Both the position numbers and the translations under genes were made by a program. Of a stretch of 64,000 nt of DNA, positions 18,666 to 27,942 are shown one piece after another. The notes beneath the pieces are model-generated. The model was not told where the DNA came from and made no database searches. It worked only from the letters and a program-made list of their open reading frames with translations. The DNA is from a virus. The DNA is taken from the IMG/VR virus record IMGVR_UViG_3300045988_172839, positions 160,001 through 224,000 of that record; one strand, given 5' to 3'. Position 1 is the first letter of the stretch. Every line of letters begins with the position of its first letter.

Positions 18666-18944
18666 TTACTCCCAACCATCATCTGAGTTTGCTGCACTCT
18701 CATAGTCTACTTCAGCTCCGTCTCGGAAGCTCTTCTTAGTGAGGAGAGAGTAAACCCACAAACCAAAGTACCAAATAGTCACAACACCAACTACAAGTCC
18801 GAGTGGAATCGTAGCTACAATCACATCAAGATTGGAAAGACCTGTGAGACGGAGAACGAAAAGTACAACAACTGCAAGCATTGTAAGAATCATTGTCGTC
18901 ATTAAAATCGCTAATGGTAAGTTCCATTTGTTGATAAATTTCAT
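18666..18944 (-). CDS. Small membrane protein (2-3 TM, charged C-terminus)
   Basis: 92 aa, hydrophobic helices then acidic tail; followed by an intrinsic terminator. Confidence 0.55.
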   Translation of the reverse strand: MKFINKWNLPLAILMTTMILTMLAVVVLFVLRLTGLSNLDVIVATIPLGLVVGVVTIWYFGLWVYSLLTKKSFRDGAEVDYESAANSDDGWE

Positions 18945-18959
18945 TGTTTTTAACCTTTC

Positions 18960-19256
18960 TTAAAGCCTACATTTATATTCGCGCCCTGCGAGGTGATACC
19001 GCAATAAGTCTGAACCTTGGGTAACCAGAACCTCTCTAGTTACTAAATCAATAGTCTGACCTAAACCATGTTCTAATAAGAGTTCGTAGGCTTCTTGCAG
19101 AACCTTGAACTCCTCATGAGACCCACCTTCAACATCCGGGTGAACTTCTTTGGAGCGCTTTTTATACGCTTGTTTCAAACTAGTTTGTTCTACGGTTATA
19201 ACACCTTCAAAGCCGAGAATCTTTAAGGCTTTTTTAATACTGCTTAATTCTATCAT
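18960..19256 (-). CDS. J-domain (DnaJ-like) protein
   Basis: 98 aa; AYKKRSKEVHPDVEGGSHEEFKVLQEAYELL with the diagnostic HPD tripeptide. Confidence 0.8.
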   Translation of the reverse strand: MIELSSIKKALKILGFEGVITVEQTSLKQAYKKRSKEVHPDVEGGSHEEFKVLQEAYELLLEHGLGQTIDLVTREVLVTQGSDLLRYHLAGREYKCRL

Positions 19257-19283
19257 AATCTATCTAAACGTGCAAGAGTTTCT

Positions 19284-19814
19284 TTATCTGTAGTAATTAG
19301 CGCTTGCCACGTAAACGTGGGTTGGGTAACGTCCTACGGTGTAAGGGTGGCGGACAACCTTGTAGTTTGCTTGATTATCTTGGTATTTGAGGATACGGTA
19401 AGGGTTATCGTCTACAAAAACCACCTTATCTGAACTATCCTTTGCAGACTGTAAAAGACGAGCTAGAACTTTCTCTTCTTGCTTTACGCTATAGAAAGAC
19501 ATGAAAGCTGAGTTTCCATAACCTAACTTATCAAGCAGTTCTCTCTTCTTCTCTGCAATTTCCTTATTAGGGCTCAAACTAATAAAGCAAATATCCTCAG
19601 TATGAGAGCCTACGAGACCTTCGAGATACCACTCTACTTCTTCATTTACCTTAATCCCACCGTATTGGTAAAATTGAGGGTTTGAGAAGTGTTTAAGTAA
19701 CTCCTTCTCCAACTCATAAAACAACTGTTTCTCTGGTTCATAAGTTGGTTTGAAATCAACCAAACGACTTGCTGAATCAAGGAGTGTATTGTCTAAATCA
19801 ACGTAAACGCGCAA
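19284..19814 (-). CDS. HAD-superfamily hydrolase, 5'(3')-deoxyribonucleotidase-like
   Basis: N-terminal VDLDNTL (DxDxT motif I) and VFVDDNP (motif IV). Confidence 0.6.
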   Translation of the reverse strand: MRVYVDLDNTLLDSASRLVDFKPTYEPEKQLFYELEKELLKHFSNPQFYQYGGIKVNEEVEWYLEGLVGSHTEDICFISLSPNKEIAEKKRELLDKLGYGNSAFMSFYSVKQEEKVLARLLQSAKDSSDKVVFVDDNPYRILKYQDNQANYKVVRHPYTVGRYPTHVYVASANYYR

Positions 19815-19857
19815 TCTTTTAACCTCACTAAAATTTAATTTAAACTAGGAAAAGTCC

Positions 19858-20292
19858 TTATTCCAAAGCGATAAAGACTATTTCATCCCATGTGAACTTA
19901 GAAAAGAACTTCAAAACTCTTTCTAAACTGAATTTATTTATAGTATTCTCTGAGTTCTTTATATAAGTCTCCAAATCAAACTGAGGGTAAATGGTCTGAT
20001 ACACCTCTGTATCTAAGCGAGAACCTAAGTGGGATATACCGCTATAAAATAAGGCGTCTTCAAGACCCATATTGCGAACCCACTTACAAAACTGAAGGCT
20101 TTCGCTTGGGGTTAGCTTATAAACCTTGTTGGTCTGAACAAGCGAATTAGGTGCTAAGGCAATTAGCACCTTATCAAGAATACCCTCACCCTCAATCCAC
20201 AAGAAACCTAGTTCTTTCAAGGACTGTAGGAGTTTATCTCTTTCATAAATTGTAACAATTAAGTGTCTATCTTCTTTCATGTAGTGCGACAC
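19858..20292 (-). CDS. Hypothetical protein
   Basis: 144-aa tiling ORF. Confidence 0.6.
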   Translation of the reverse strand: MSHYMKEDRHLIVTIYERDKLLQSLKELGFLWIEGEGILDKVLIALAPNSLVQTNKVYKLTPSESLQFCKWVRNMGLEDALFYSGISHLGSRLDTEVYQTIYPQFDLETYIKNSENTINKFSLERVLKFFSKFTWDEIVFIALE

Positions 20293-20301
20293 CTACTAGC
20301 A

Positions 20302-20445
20302 CTAAACCTTACGAGGTTTAGGTTCTTCCTTATTCTTGTGCAAATCCTTACAAGAGTCATCCTTACAAGAGTGCTTATACTTAGTTACAACTGAAGTGTA
20401 AGCACTAGACAAACCTTGCTTCGGAGGTACTTCTTTTGTCTTCAA
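20302..20445 (-). CDS. Small Lys-rich hypothetical protein (47 aa)
   Basis: Own reading: TTG start 6 nt after AAAGGAG; MKTKEVPPKQGLSSAY...; fills an otherwise empty gap; below the track length cutoff. Confidence 0.35.
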   Translation of the reverse strand: MKTKEVPPKQGLSSAYTSVVTKYKHSCKDDSCKDLHKNKEEPKPRKV

Positions 20446-20457
20446 AGCTACGCTCCT

Positions 20458-21231
20458 TTACTTTCTTGTTTCTTTCGTCTTCAAGGTGCGAGCAGAAACT
20501 TTAGGAGTAGAAGTCTTCGCTACTTTTGGCGTGGCTTCTGCACTCTTTTTCTTACTGCTCGAACCTGTGCGAATGACCTTTGGCTTTTCAACATCGCCAA
20601 ATTTCTTATATAAGTCAACCAATTCATCATTGATATATTTCTCTCTCAAAATACCTGATTGAGAGTAGACAAGGCGCACGGTTGCGCCATTTTCGAGATA
20701 CCCGTGGACGGTTTGGTTCATGGAAGTACGAGTAACACGAACCTCTCCAACTAAGTTATTCTCCTTGCGAATCTTAACTACACTTTGGTGGATTCGGTGG
20801 AGCTGAATTTTGAAGACTTTTTCAGTCTTACTTGTGTACCCCAAAGGAATGTGGTAATTACGCTCTGGGAGAACAAACTCAGCGCCTAAGTTACATGAAG
20901 GTAAGTTCTTCAACATGTAAGGTTTCAACTGAATATCAACATCTTTTGTCAACCACAAGTGGAGCTGAATAGGAATGTCTAAACCTTCAACCTTTAAGGT
21001 AATGGTGCGGTTAATGGTAATATCTAAGTCCAAACCATCTTGAACATATTCCAAATCACTCCACAAGCGAGTGTTGAACTTGTACTTCTTGTCATGGTAC
21101 AACTGTTTTAAAACGTTGTTTACTACTGTCTTTTCCCAGTAGTTCTTAATTTCCTGTGTAACCTTTACAAATGGTGTTGAGGGAAATTTGGTCAAGTCTA
21201 AATCTGCTTTCTTTTCTTTCAAATACACCAA
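20458..21231 (-). CDS. Hypothetical protein with basic C-terminal tail
   Basis: 257 aa; Lys/Ser/Thr-rich tail SSSKKKSAEATPKVAKTSTPKV. Confidence 0.6.
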   Translation of the reverse strand: MVYLKEKKADLDLTKFPSTPFVKVTQEIKNYWEKTVVNNVLKQLYHDKKYKFNTRLWSDLEYVQDGLDLDITINRTITLKVEGLDIPIQLHLWLTKDVDIQLKPYMLKNLPSCNLGAEFVLPERNYHIPLGYTSKTEKVFKIQLHRIHQSVVKIRKENNLVGEVRVTRTSMNQTVHGYLENGATVRLVYSQSGILREKYINDELVDLYKKFGDVEKPKVIRTGSSSKKKSAEATPKVAKTSTPKVSARTLKTKETRK

Positions 21232-21241
21232 CTCCCTCTAA

Positions 21242-22060
21242 TTATTTACCAAACATAAACTGTTCTTGGTCTTTAGCAAATTGCTCTGTATAACGGTCTA
21301 AGCGCATGTACATTGCAGCCTTTGAAATCCCTTGTTTTTCCGCCCACTGGACGACTGGGATACCTTTGAAATAAATCGCCTTAATGTCATCTCTTACCTG
21401 TTTAGTTGTCTTATCTTTCAAGTAAGCCTTTAGCTTAGTTGGTGAGACTCTAAACAAGTCTTCTTCAAACTCTTTAAAGGCACTTGCTACAACATTGTAA
21501 GGGTACAATTTTGATAAGATCTCTGGTGTTGCTTCTTGGTAGGCTACAACTCCACTTACTCTGTTCTTACGAGATTTTACTTTTACTTCGTTTTGAGCTT
21601 CCAACCATTTCTTAAAAGGAACTTCAAGACCCCTACTTAACCCAATTAAGTAAACAGTTTGCTCTTTGAATGGGAAACAAGTAAAGTGCAAGACTTCAAT
21701 TCCTTCTGCGTTTGCAAAAGCGTGTACTAAAGACGACAGCTTAGACAAGCGACTTAACCCTACAACTTCAGACAACTCGTGTAGTGAAATAATTTCACTA
21801 TTGTCAATCTTAGAGCCATCTTTCAAGTATTTATCGCTCTCGATAATTTCTTGATTCGTAAGGGGCGCTTTATCTACATAAGTCACACCTCGAACGCGAG
21901 ACTTGACTTCCCCTATTTGAAACGGTTTACTTGCAAGACCAATTCTACCATTTTGCAAGTTGTAATTGAATGATGACTCTTGGATTTGGTACTTATTTCT
22001 GTACTCATTACGAGTCAACCCTACTTCTACTACCATAATTCTATCTAAAATACCTTTCAT
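21242..22060 (-). CDS. Hypothetical protein with C-terminal HTH-like segment
   Basis: Track ORF extends to 22105 across a consensus promoter (22077-22105); internal ATG at 22060 (MKGILDR...) is the likelier start. Confidence 0.6.
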   Translation of the reverse strand: MKGILDRIMVVEVGLTRNEYRNKYQIQESSFNYNLQNGRIGLASKPFQIGEVKSRVRGVTYVDKAPLTNQEIIESDKYLKDGSKIDNSEIISLHELSEVVGLSRLSKLSSLVHAFANAEGIEVLHFTCFPFKEQTVYLIGLSRGLEVPFKKWLEAQNEVKVKSRKNRVSGVVAYQEATPEILSKLYPYNVVASAFKEFEEDLFRVSPTKLKAYLKDKTTKQVRDDIKAIYFKGIPVVQWAEKQGISKAAMYMRLDRYTEQFAKDQEQFMFGK

Positions 22061-22076
22061 CTCGATTTTCTCTTTT

Positions 22077-22105
22077 ATTATATCACAAATTTTAGTAAAA
22101 GTCAA
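22077..22105 (-). promoter_or_regulatory. Consensus extended -10 promoter
   Basis: TTGACT-17 nt-(TGA)TATAAT on the minus strand. Confidence 0.7.
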
Positions 22106-22145
22106 GAAAATAAGATAAAGTTGTGAAAACGACTTGGAAATCTTG

Positions 22146-22172
22146 AAAAAAGGAAGAACCCAAGTTCTTCCT
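22146..22172 (-). terminator. Intrinsic terminator
   Basis: 9-bp stem AGGAAGAAC/GTTCTTCCT, 4-nt loop, TTTTT on the minus strand. Confidence 0.75.
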
Positions 22173-22185
22173 AATCTTAGATAAT

Positions 22186-22518
22186 TTAAAGAAGTGGATA
22201 ATCCACAACAGTAGCGCCTTCTTCGGACGGATACCCTTTGACACCTCGGTATAAAGCCCTCTCAAGTCCATCTAAACCATGTGAAGAAGAACTAACCAAC
22301 TGAGCTTGAGAACCCTCTAATAAAGTCTTCAAGTGGTAAATTGTTCCGTGACCTACGAAACGTTTCACAACAATCACAATGTCAAAGTCTTTCAACTTAT
22401 CTGGGGCAAGTTCTGTATCGTTGTGTGAGCTAGAATCAATCACTTCAAGCGCTTCTGCTTTCTTCTCCGTTAATACAAGAGACCTAAAACGCTCTACTTG
22501 AGATTTGGGTAATCCCAA
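22186..22518 (-). CDS. Hypothetical protein
   Basis: 110 aa, TTG start; followed by a strong hairpin terminator. Confidence 0.55.
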   Translation of the reverse strand: MGLPKSQVERFRSLVLTEKKAEALEVIDSSSHNDTELAPDKLKDFDIVIVVKRFVGHGTIYHLKTLLEGSQAQLVSSSSHGLDGLERALYRGVKGYPSEEGATVVDYPLL

Positions 22519-22566
22519 TATAGCGACTTTCTTACCTTTTAAGTCAAAGTCATATTTGGCAAAGGT

Positions 22567-23418
22567 TCATGAAGGTTTTGAGGATACCACCGATGACGTG
22601 ATTGGTTTAACTTTATTATCTTGGTGAACCCAAGCTAAGCGTGGTAGTTCACCCTCTTTAATGACTAAATCCACCGAGTGTGCAGTCGCTAGGCGATAAG
22701 TCTTCACTAGGTAATCATTGAGGCTGAAGACCCCACAACGAGAACCATAATCTCTTAAAGAGTTACCTTCAGAATCAGAAGGAACATAGTAACCTTCCGC
22801 ATCTTTGTTTAGTGGACAATTTTCAACGTAAGTAAGGCCTGTTTTAGGCTCTAAGGTCGTTTCATAAGAAATATCATAAATACGCGGACCTGAAAGATTA
22901 AAGGAAATTACAAGACCGTGACTCAAATCAAACCGTTTGTACACCTCAAAGTTATTATCGTATAGAACTTCTCCAGTTTCAACATCTTCAATTTCAAAAC
23001 CACGCTCTGTCAATAATACAACACCACACAAGTCACCGTTTGCATTTGGTGAGAAAATACGAGGGCACCATTTGTAACTAGGTGTCTCCTCTTCTTGGTA
23101 CTCTGTTTCATCTGAGTAACCTACTACTTCTTCAGTCGTAAGAGTTTGTGGAGCTTGACCTTTAGGCAGAAGCGCATGATCTTCTGAAGATACCGCAACA
23201 AGGTTTGAAGGACTATCTGAACGAGCTAAGTAATGATGCAAGACCAAATCTTGTTCTTCTTTAAACAAAGGAACTAAAAACTCTCCAAAAGCTTGATTGT
23301 CTAAGCCTAAAAACTCTTTGGCGAGTTTTAGGCGTTCCAAATCACCCTCTACCAAAATATCTTTAATTGTCTTGCGAAATTCATTTAAAAATTCTTCTCT
23401 AAATTCCATTGAAATCAA
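22567..23418 (-). CDS. Hypothetical protein
   Basis: 283-aa tiling ORF. Confidence 0.65.
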   Translation of the reverse strand: MISMEFREEFLNEFRKTIKDILVEGDLERLKLAKEFLGLDNQAFGEFLVPLFKEEQDLVLHHYLARSDSPSNLVAVSSEDHALLPKGQAPQTLTTEEVVGYSDETEYQEEETPSYKWCPRIFSPNANGDLCGVVLLTERGFEIEDVETGEVLYDNNFEVYKRFDLSHGLVISFNLSGPRIYDISYETTLEPKTGLTYVENCPLNKDAEGYYVPSDSEGNSLRDYGSRCGVFSLNDYLVKTYRLATAHSVDLVIKEGELPRLAWVHQDNKVKPITSSVVSSKPS

Positions 23419-23879
23419 CCTCTCTTATTCTTTCTATTTTTCTTCCTAACTTTGTGTATGCGAGGTGCAAACTGCTCCGCAGTTGTGCAAATGTCGTCCC
23501 AATTTACTCTAGGTTGTGGGTTAATTAGTAGTTTTCTTGTGTCTATAAAGCTCTTTGTGACCTTACTGCAGTTTCTATATCTTTCCTTGTAACAATAGCA
23601 GCAGACAAAGAAAGTCAGACCCTTTTGATTTAAAGCAAACAACTGCTTAACCTTACGGTGGCAAATGTCACAAGGCGTAGTCAAAGGCGCTTTTGAGGAT
23701 ACCGTAACTGTAGGTGTGAGCGAATTATCAAAGGTTGTCTCAATATCGAAAGCTACTGCTTTTGGAGAAACTGTAACTGTAGGCTCAGAACCGTTGTAAA
23801 AAATTGATTCAGGATCGAAATCCCAATTCTTCTTGTCTGGGTTTAAGAACGATTCAAAATTGATAAAATCACCTAACAT
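23415..23879 (-). CDS. Zinc-ribbon protein (hypothetical)
   Basis: CDICHRK...CCYCYKERYRNC cysteine clusters; start moved to ATG 23879 (AGGAA upstream) because the longer track ORF translates the 19-bp tandem repeat. Confidence 0.55.
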   Translation of the reverse strand: MLGDFINFESFLNPDKKNWDFDPESIFYNGSEPTVTVSPKAVAFDIETTFDNSLTPTVTVSSKAPLTTPCDICHRKVKQLFALNQKGLTFFVCCYCYKERYRNCSKVTKSFIDTRKLLINPQPRVNWDDICTTAEQFAPRIHKVRKKNRKNKRG

Positions 23880-23925
23880 AAATTTATTCCTATTTTCCTT
23901 TCTAAAATATAAGAAACCCCAAAGA

Positions 23926-24000
23926 AATTTGGGATACCCAAAGAAATTTGGGATACCCAAAGAAATTTGGGATACCCAAAGAAATTTGGGATACCCAAAG
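23926..24000. repeat. 19-bp tandem repeat x4 (GGGATACCCAAAGAAATTT) with internal inverted arms
   Basis: GATACC at 23933, 23952, 23971, 23990; each unit contains TTTGGG-ATA-CCCAAA; intergenic between 24007 and 23879. Confidence 0.9.
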
Positions 24001-24006
24001 GTAGTT

Positions 24007-24744
24007 TTATACTGGGATTCTTGCACTATGTAAAAAGCTTTCAATCTTTTCCATAGCTTCATTTATTTTTGTCATTACTCCTGAATTAGAGTAAAAATTA
24101 CAAGGGACAGTAATCTTCGCAGTAATAAGCTCATTAACAGAATTTGAAAAATCCAATACTAAACCTTCAGAGCCTAGATTAAACTTCATAGCACGTGAAC
24201 CTGCAACTTCCTTAGAAACTTCAACACGACCAAGACTAACACTAGAAAAATTTGTCACAACAACTTGAAATTGATTAAAATTGAATGTAATCAATGAATT
24301 TGTAAAGTCGTATTTTAAATCAAATTTATAAAAGTTACCACCTGTTAATTCAAGTAGAACTGACAAAGCGTTTATTAACCCTGAAACGTCATTAAACCAA
24401 TATTGAATAGGATTCATAGCAGTTGCAGTTCCCAATATTTTCTCCATTTTAGCTCGCACTTCAGTTTCAGAATAAACTGCAATAGTGTACGAAATATCAG
24501 AGTAATGCTGAACCAACTGCAATGTACCTAAAATATGGTTTACTACAACTTCCATCTGCAGTTTAGAACGTAAAGTGGAGTTCAAGCTATCAAGTTTTTC
24601 CTGTAATTTCTTACTTAATTTTAAAAACGGAAGCTCAACTTGGGAAGCTTGTTTTCTTTGTTCTATCTCTTTCATTAGTTGTAATTTAGACATTTCACTC
24701 TGTAAATCTAGTAAGCGAGTGTCTATAGCGTCAATTAAATCCAT
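24007..24744 (-). CDS. Hypothetical protein (N-terminal coiled coil)
   Basis: 245-aa tiling ORF. Confidence 0.6.
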   Translation of the reverse strand: MDLIDAIDTRLLDLQSEMSKLQLMKEIEQRKQASQVELPFLKLSKKLQEKLDSLNSTLRSKLQMEVVVNHILGTLQLVQHYSDISYTIAVYSETEVRAKMEKILGTATAMNPIQYWFNDVSGLINALSVLLELTGGNFYKFDLKYDFTNSLITFNFNQFQVVVTNFSSVSLGRVEVSKEVAGSRAMKFNLGSEGLVLDFSNSVNELITAKITVPCNFYSNSGVMTKINEAMEKIESFLHSARIPV

Positions 24745-24745
24745 G

Positions 24746-25135
24746 TTAGTTTACCACCTCTCTATGCTTAAACAAGAGTTCAAAGGACTCTAAAATATCA
24801 AATCTTCGACTAGGGTGTGGTGTGAACATATAAAGACCACAACTCAAACTAAACTTCAAACCTACCTTGTTCAACTTTAAAATCAAAGCCGTGTCAATTT
24901 GAGTCTCAAAACCTATTACTCCAACCAAGTTTAACTTGTTATCAGAACCCAATCGAATCTTAGAGTGTTCACTTAGAGGAATTTCAAAATCATCTACCTC
25001 GTTTTGAACAAACTGAAGACTAGTTTTAGTTAGAACAGACAACAAGGTTTCTACCAACTCAGCTCTTTTCTTACTCGTAAAACAAAGTCGGGGTACAGTC
25101 GGATTAAGTGTACTTACATAAAAGTAAGGTTTCAT
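24746..25135 (-). CDS. Hypothetical protein
   Basis: Track ORF extends to 25195 over a consensus promoter; ATG at 25135 (MKPYFYV...) is the likelier start. Confidence 0.6.
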   Translation of the reverse strand: MKPYFYVSTLNPTVPRLCFTSKKRAELVETLLSVLTKTSLQFVQNEVDDFEIPLSEHSKIRLGSDNKLNLVGVIGFETQIDTALILKLNKVGLKFSLSCGLYMFTPHPSRRFDILESFELLFKHREVVN

Positions 25136-25166
25136 ACAGTTTCTCACTTTCTTCTTTATTTTCTTT

Positions 25167-25195
25167 ATTATATCAAAAAAGAGGAAATTTGTCAA
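25167..25195 (-). promoter_or_regulatory. Consensus extended -10 promoter
   Basis: TTGACA-17 nt-(TGA)TATAAT on the minus strand. Confidence 0.75.
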
Positions 25196-25200
25196 AGAAA

Positions 25201-25230
25201 AAGAGAGGATACCGCTTGGTAAACTCTCTT
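25201..25230 (-). terminator. Terminator-like hairpin with GGTATC in the loop
   Basis: 7-bp stem AAGAGAG/CTCTCTT, 16-nt loop containing the polar hexamer, T-rich tract then the -35 of the next promoter. Confidence 0.5.
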
Positions 25231-25240
25231 TTTACATTCT

Positions 25241-25624
25241 TTAAATCTCTTTCGCAAGCGCAAGATACCGCTCAAAAGCTGTTTCTAAGTCAAGAATTTC
25301 TGCAAGTGTCAAACTAACAACTCCTCGGTCTAGTTCGTAAAGCAAACCTTTGTCGTAAAGATTTAAGACCTTTTTAGTTGAAACATAAGGCTCTGGATCA
25401 TACTCTTCTACAAGTCTAAGACCTAGTTCTGGAGAAAACTCTAAGTCATAACGATTAGTTAACTTAAATCTAAAATAATCATCACTGGTTTGTTTTAGCT
25501 CCAAATCATAATCAATCATAGCTTTATAGGCAATTTTCTCTAAAAGAAGAGCTGTCTTTTCACTCAGAAAAGAATAGTTTCCGTAAACTGTTTCAGCAGT
25601 GTAAAGAAGTGTGCGTTTAGGCAT
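25241..25624 (-). CDS. Hypothetical protein
   Basis: 127 aa; own consensus promoter, GAGGA RBS and downstream terminator. Confidence 0.7.
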   Translation of the reverse strand: MPKRTLLYTAETVYGNYSFLSEKTALLLEKIAYKAMIDYDLELKQTSDDYFRFKLTNRYDLEFSPELGLRLVEEYDPEPYVSTKKVLNLYDKGLLYELDRGVVSLTLAEILDLETAFERYLALAKEI

Positions 25625-25654
25625 GTTTTGTCCTCATTTCATTTTATTGATTTA

Positions 25655-25683
25655 ATTATATCAAAAATGTCTTATTTTGTCAA
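25655..25683 (-). promoter_or_regulatory. Consensus extended -10 promoter
   Basis: TTGACA-17 nt-(TGA)TATAAT on the minus strand. Confidence 0.75.
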
Positions 25684-25687
25684 GCAA

Positions 25688-25720
25688 AAAGAGAGGATAC
25701 CGCTAGGTAAAGCTCTCTTT
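25688..25720 (-). terminator. Terminator-like hairpin with GGTATC in the loop
   Basis: 8-bp stem AAAGAGAG/CTCTCTTT, 17-nt loop containing the hexamer, flanked by A/T runs. Confidence 0.5.
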
Positions 25721-25724
25721 TTGC

Positions 25725-26114
25725 TTATAAAGGTAAATCTAAAGGACTGTGAACTATCATAGTGGCTTTAAACCCATCTTTTTTCTTGTTTTTAACAACA
25801 CCTTGAGCAACTTCCTGAGAAGAGTAAAGACCTATAGACTTAGAACCCGTTGAAGTCCAATCATTAGTCTCAGAGTCGTAATTTCGGTCGTCAATGCGAA
25901 CTTCGTATTTAGGTCTTACATAGCGAATGAGATAAGTATTTATAATAAAAGTGACACCTACATGGTTAGAAACCAAGGCAACATCTACCACATAATAACC
26001 GCGAGCTTTTAGAACATCTAATTTAGACTGAAGTTGCTTTTCGTCAAAGTCTGAACCTGCTTTTTCAAGAGTAACATACATAAACTCTATATCTGCTTTT
26101 GTGAAAACTTCCAT
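25725..26114 (-). CDS. Hypothetical protein
   Basis: 129-aa tiling ORF followed by a terminator hairpin. Confidence 0.65.
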   Translation of the reverse strand: MEVFTKADIEFMYVTLEKAGSDFDEKQLQSKLDVLKARGYYVVDVALVSNHVGVTFIINTYLIRYVRPKYEVRIDDRNYDSETNDWTSTGSKSIGLYSSQEVAQGVVKNKKKDGFKATMIVHSPLDLPL

Positions 26115-26116
26115 AA

Positions 26117-26392
26117 CTAAACCTTACCTCTAAAAACTTTCCGAGCTAAATCATTACGTTCCTTAACCCAATCCAACCCCTTGTCGTGTAAATCTCGAAC
26201 CATATCATTGTACTCAATCAGAGAATCCAACCCACTCTTTCTAGTAGTTAAATCAATGACCTCAGAAGAAGGTTGAGGAGAAAGACGTCCCATCAAGAAA
26301 TCCAATTTACGAGTATCTTTAAAGTAATCATCAGAAGTTCTACCTAAAATAACTACTTTATCTTTTAATCGTTTACCTAATTCAGCACCCAT
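26117..26392 (-). CDS. Hypothetical protein
   Basis: Start set to ATG 26392 (GGAAGGA RBS, 1 nt after the upstream stop) rather than 26425. Confidence 0.55.
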   Translation of the reverse strand: MGAELGKRLKDKVVILGRTSDDYFKDTRKLDFLMGRLSPQPSSEVIDLTTRKSGLDSLIEYNDMVRDLHDKGLDWVKERNDLARKVFRGKV

Positions 26393-26393
26393 T

Positions 26394-27095
26394 TTATTCA
26401 CTATCCTTCCAAACAAACAACGCACCTAGACTGTTTAAGATATAGAAAAGGTACTTACCAACGTTAGCAAAGTTCCCTTGAATAAGAGCTTTAGCTAACT
26501 GCACAAAGTTATAGAACAACCAAAAGCTCCATTGAGTTGTAAGTTTAAGTGCATTTAAACCGTTAGCCACCAAAGATAAAGCAAAGGCTATGGTTGTTAC
26601 ATAAGCGAGAGGGTTCATTTGACCCTGATACCCTATATAATTGGTGAGGTACGAGAAGGCAAATGAAATAACTATCAAAGTTGGTACAATCCAATTTAGA
26701 CGAGCTTTTGAAATAGTATTGGCTTTACCGTCTTGCGACTTGTTCCATAAGTAAATAGCTCCAAGGTAGATGAGGAACGTAATGGGATAAGTTATAATTG
26801 CAGCTTTATTGCCTAAAATATAGTCAATTAAGCCAGACAAGACTGCATTGATAATACCTAGATAATTCCCTAACTTACTCAATTTTCCAGTAAATCGAGT
26901 GGACATCATGGAAATCGCTACATTTCCTACTGAAATCCAACCAAAAGGAACAAATACTGTCCAAGTTCCCCAATCAACTAACTGGTTGAGCCATTTGGTG
27001 TGATACCCTGCGGAAATTGCAATCATGAGAACTAGGATAACCCCTAGCAAGTCAAACCACTGAGAAGTGGCGAATTGTTTCAATTTTTGTTTCAT
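26394..27095 (-). CDS. pnuC: Nicotinamide riboside/NMN transporter PnuC-like membrane protein
   Basis: 233 aa, about 7 TM helices, Trp/Asn-rich helices resembling the PnuC family; from memory of the family only. Confidence 0.45.
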   Translation of the reverse strand: MKQKLKQFATSQWFDLLGVILVLMIAISAGYHTKWLNQLVDWGTWTVFVPFGWISVGNVAISMMSTRFTGKLSKLGNYLGIINAVLSGLIDYILGNKAAIITYPITFLIYLGAIYLWNKSQDGKANTISKARLNWIVPTLIVISFAFSYLTNYIGYQGQMNPLAYVTTIAFALSLVANGLNALKLTTQWSFWLFYNFVQLAKALIQGNFANVGKYLFYILNSLGALFVWKDSE

Positions 27096-27109
27096 AAAAA
27101 TGTTCCTTT

Positions 27110-27916
27110 CTACTCAGTAACCAATGTGACTTGTACAGTTACTTTATCATTATCTTCGTTATCTAATTCTACCAAACGAGAAACTAGAGAGTCAAAAGTT
27201 GACTGCAAATCAGTTGACGAAACACCTTCTTGCAATGCTTGTACTGTTGCACTTTGTACTTTATTGAATTGAAGAGTGACTTTAGAATCTGAGTCTTTAG
27301 TGTAAGGTAATAAAGTGATCGAATCATCACAAAAACACTCAATTTGACCTTCCAATTTAACCGTATAGCGATCTATTTGAGACTCATAAGAAATATAGAG
27401 TTGGTAATCAAAAATACGAGGTAGTTTAGAACTGTAAACATAAAGTGAAAGTTCTCTTCCAAGTTGACCTTCAAAATAAGGTGAAACACCAATATCCAAA
27501 TCACACAAGAACTTTATTAAATCAAGTTGTTGCTCCACGATAGACAGCTGCTCTAACAACTCATCACCTTTAATAACTTCCTCAAAAGTGTAGACCAAAA
27601 TTGGTACAAAAACATCACCTTTACCGTAATAAAGAGCAAGTTGCTTGTAGCTTTCTAATGGAAGTTCTTCTTCACTAAGAGTTACTACCTCAGACTTGCG
27701 AGCAAGCAATAAAGGGATACTACTATTGCTAAGTAAGTCGTTTACATAAGCGAGTTTGCTTTGTAGTTGGACGTCTCCAAATAGTAAGTCGCCCTTTTCT
27801 GCTGCATTTAACTGCTCCTCCAAAGGTTTAATTTTGTGTGAGAAATTTAAGCAAGCGTCATATTCTTCTCTTTTCAACTGTTCTAGTTCTTTTCTTAATT
27901 CTTCTGTTGTTTTCAT
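27110..27916 (-). CDS. Hypothetical protein (N-terminal coiled coil)
   Basis: 268-aa tiling ORF. Confidence 0.6.
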   Translation of the reverse strand: MKTTEELRKELEQLKREEYDACLNFSHKIKPLEEQLNAAEKGDLLFGDVQLQSKLAYVNDLLSNSSIPLLLARKSEVVTLSEEELPLESYKQLALYYGKGDVFVPILVYTFEEVIKGDELLEQLSIVEQQLDLIKFLCDLDIGVSPYFEGQLGRELSLYVYSSKLPRIFDYQLYISYESQIDRYTVKLEGQIECFCDDSITLLPYTKDSDSKVTLQFNKVQSATVQALQEGVSSTDLQSTFDSLVSRLVELDNEDNDKVTVQVTLVTE

Positions 27917-27942
27917 TGTCTTTTCTTTCTAAATCGCTTATT

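Noticed and set aside
22519-22569. The TGA stop of 22567-23418 is in the same frame as 22186-22518, and 16 sense codons (TFAKYDFDLKGKKVAI) lie between them. This could be read-through or a split gene.
   Set aside because: A same-frame arrangement with a short stop-free spacer is expected by chance fairly often in AT-rich DNA. There is no recoding signal, so I treat them as two genes.
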